This document shows, piece by piece, positions 23,801 through 24,059 of a stretch of DNA of 24,059 nt; position 1 is the stretch's first letter, and each line of letters begins with the position of its first letter. Origin of the DNA: an uncultured Gammaproteobacteria bacterium (GTDB lineage: Bacteria > Patescibacteriota > Microgenomatia > UBA1406 > GWC2-37-13); contig CAZPKD010000002.1 of the NCBI GenBank assembly GCA_964587115.1, positions 1-24,059 on the forward strand. Reading direction: 5' to 3'. The position numbers and the translations under genes were made by a program. Below the pieces are notes generated by a model that had not been told where the DNA came from, ran no database searches, and was given only the letters and a program-made list of their open reading frames with translations.

Positions 23801-24058
23801 TCAGGAAAAATAAACAGTTCGATAAACTTCTTCTAACTTATCACGAAACTCATCGATAGAAAAATTGTTTTTAACCAAATAATCAGCAAAGGCAAAAGTC
23901 GGCCCCATATTAGTCCCGGTAATTTCGTTCATATCTCTTTCTTCTCCGTAGAGCTCATTTCTCGACCTTCTAATAGAAACACGCTTGTATCTAAGATGCT
24001 TATCAGCAAATATTGCTAAAAGGTAAATTCTGACTTTTGGAAGTTCCTTTTTTAAATA
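23801..24058 (-). CDS. 3' fragment of a P-loop nucleotide-kinase-like protein (UPF0200/dephospho-CoA-kinase-like C-terminus)
   Basis: Translated by hand: ...IYLLAIFADKHLRYKRVSIRRSRNELYGEERDMNEITGTNMGPTFAFADYLVKNNFSIDEFRDKLEEVYRTVYFS*. Pattern R..R...R....RD..E...AD....N....F. Confidence 0.6.
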   Translation of the reverse strand, partial: YLKKELPKVRIYLLAIFADKHLRYKRVSIRRSRNELYGEERDMNEITGTNMGPTFAFADYLVKNNFSIDEFRDKLEEVYRTVYFS

Positions 24059-24059
24059 A

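Noticed and set aside
1-24059. Poly-A/poly-T tracts of 7-9 nt as phase-variation sites; CRISPR, tRNA, rRNA; TGA recoding
   Set aside because: Such tracts are ubiquitous at this AT content and no gene is frameshifted. No repeat-spacer array or cloverleaf was seen, almost all sequence is protein-coding, and TGA ends several complete genes.

Overview
AT-rich bacterial window read with genetic code 11 (TGA is used as a stop). Gene content points to a Patescibacteria/CPR genome, most likely Microgenomates-like; this is inferred from the short TIM, alpha2-type GlyRS, DUF4012-type protein and near-absence of Shine-Dalgarno sites. Left part: patatin, a compact PcrA/UvrD and tpiA-LCP. These are followed by a minus-strand run of M20 peptidase, recO, glyQS, a CSSGSC membrane protein, rpsT, PilN/PilO-like genes and three membrane-anchored surface proteins, two of which end in LPxTG-like signals with no charged tail. 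Right part: the end of the spc/alpha ribosomal superoperon (kinase fragment, map, infA, rpmJ, rpsM, rpsK, rpsD, rpoA, rplQ, rplM, rpsI) runs without a break into a glycan cluster (GT2, two GT4, ManC, monotopic phosphoglycosyl transferase, DUF4012-type protein). Best leads: (1) a promoter / 22-codon ORF / terminator-antiterminator switch in the 11838-12114 intergenic gap; (2) the DUF4012-type protein appears by eye to carry an LCP-like ligase core, suggesting a surface glycan-attachment system; (3) tail-less LPxTG-like signals beside pilus-alignment genes; (4) a 7-bp tandem repeat inside a glycosyltransferase; (5) probable leaderless promoters at most unit starts, with a single perfect SD on rpsT. 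No rRNA, tRNA, CRISPR array or transposase was recognised. All family calls are by-eye motif recognition; no database search was run.
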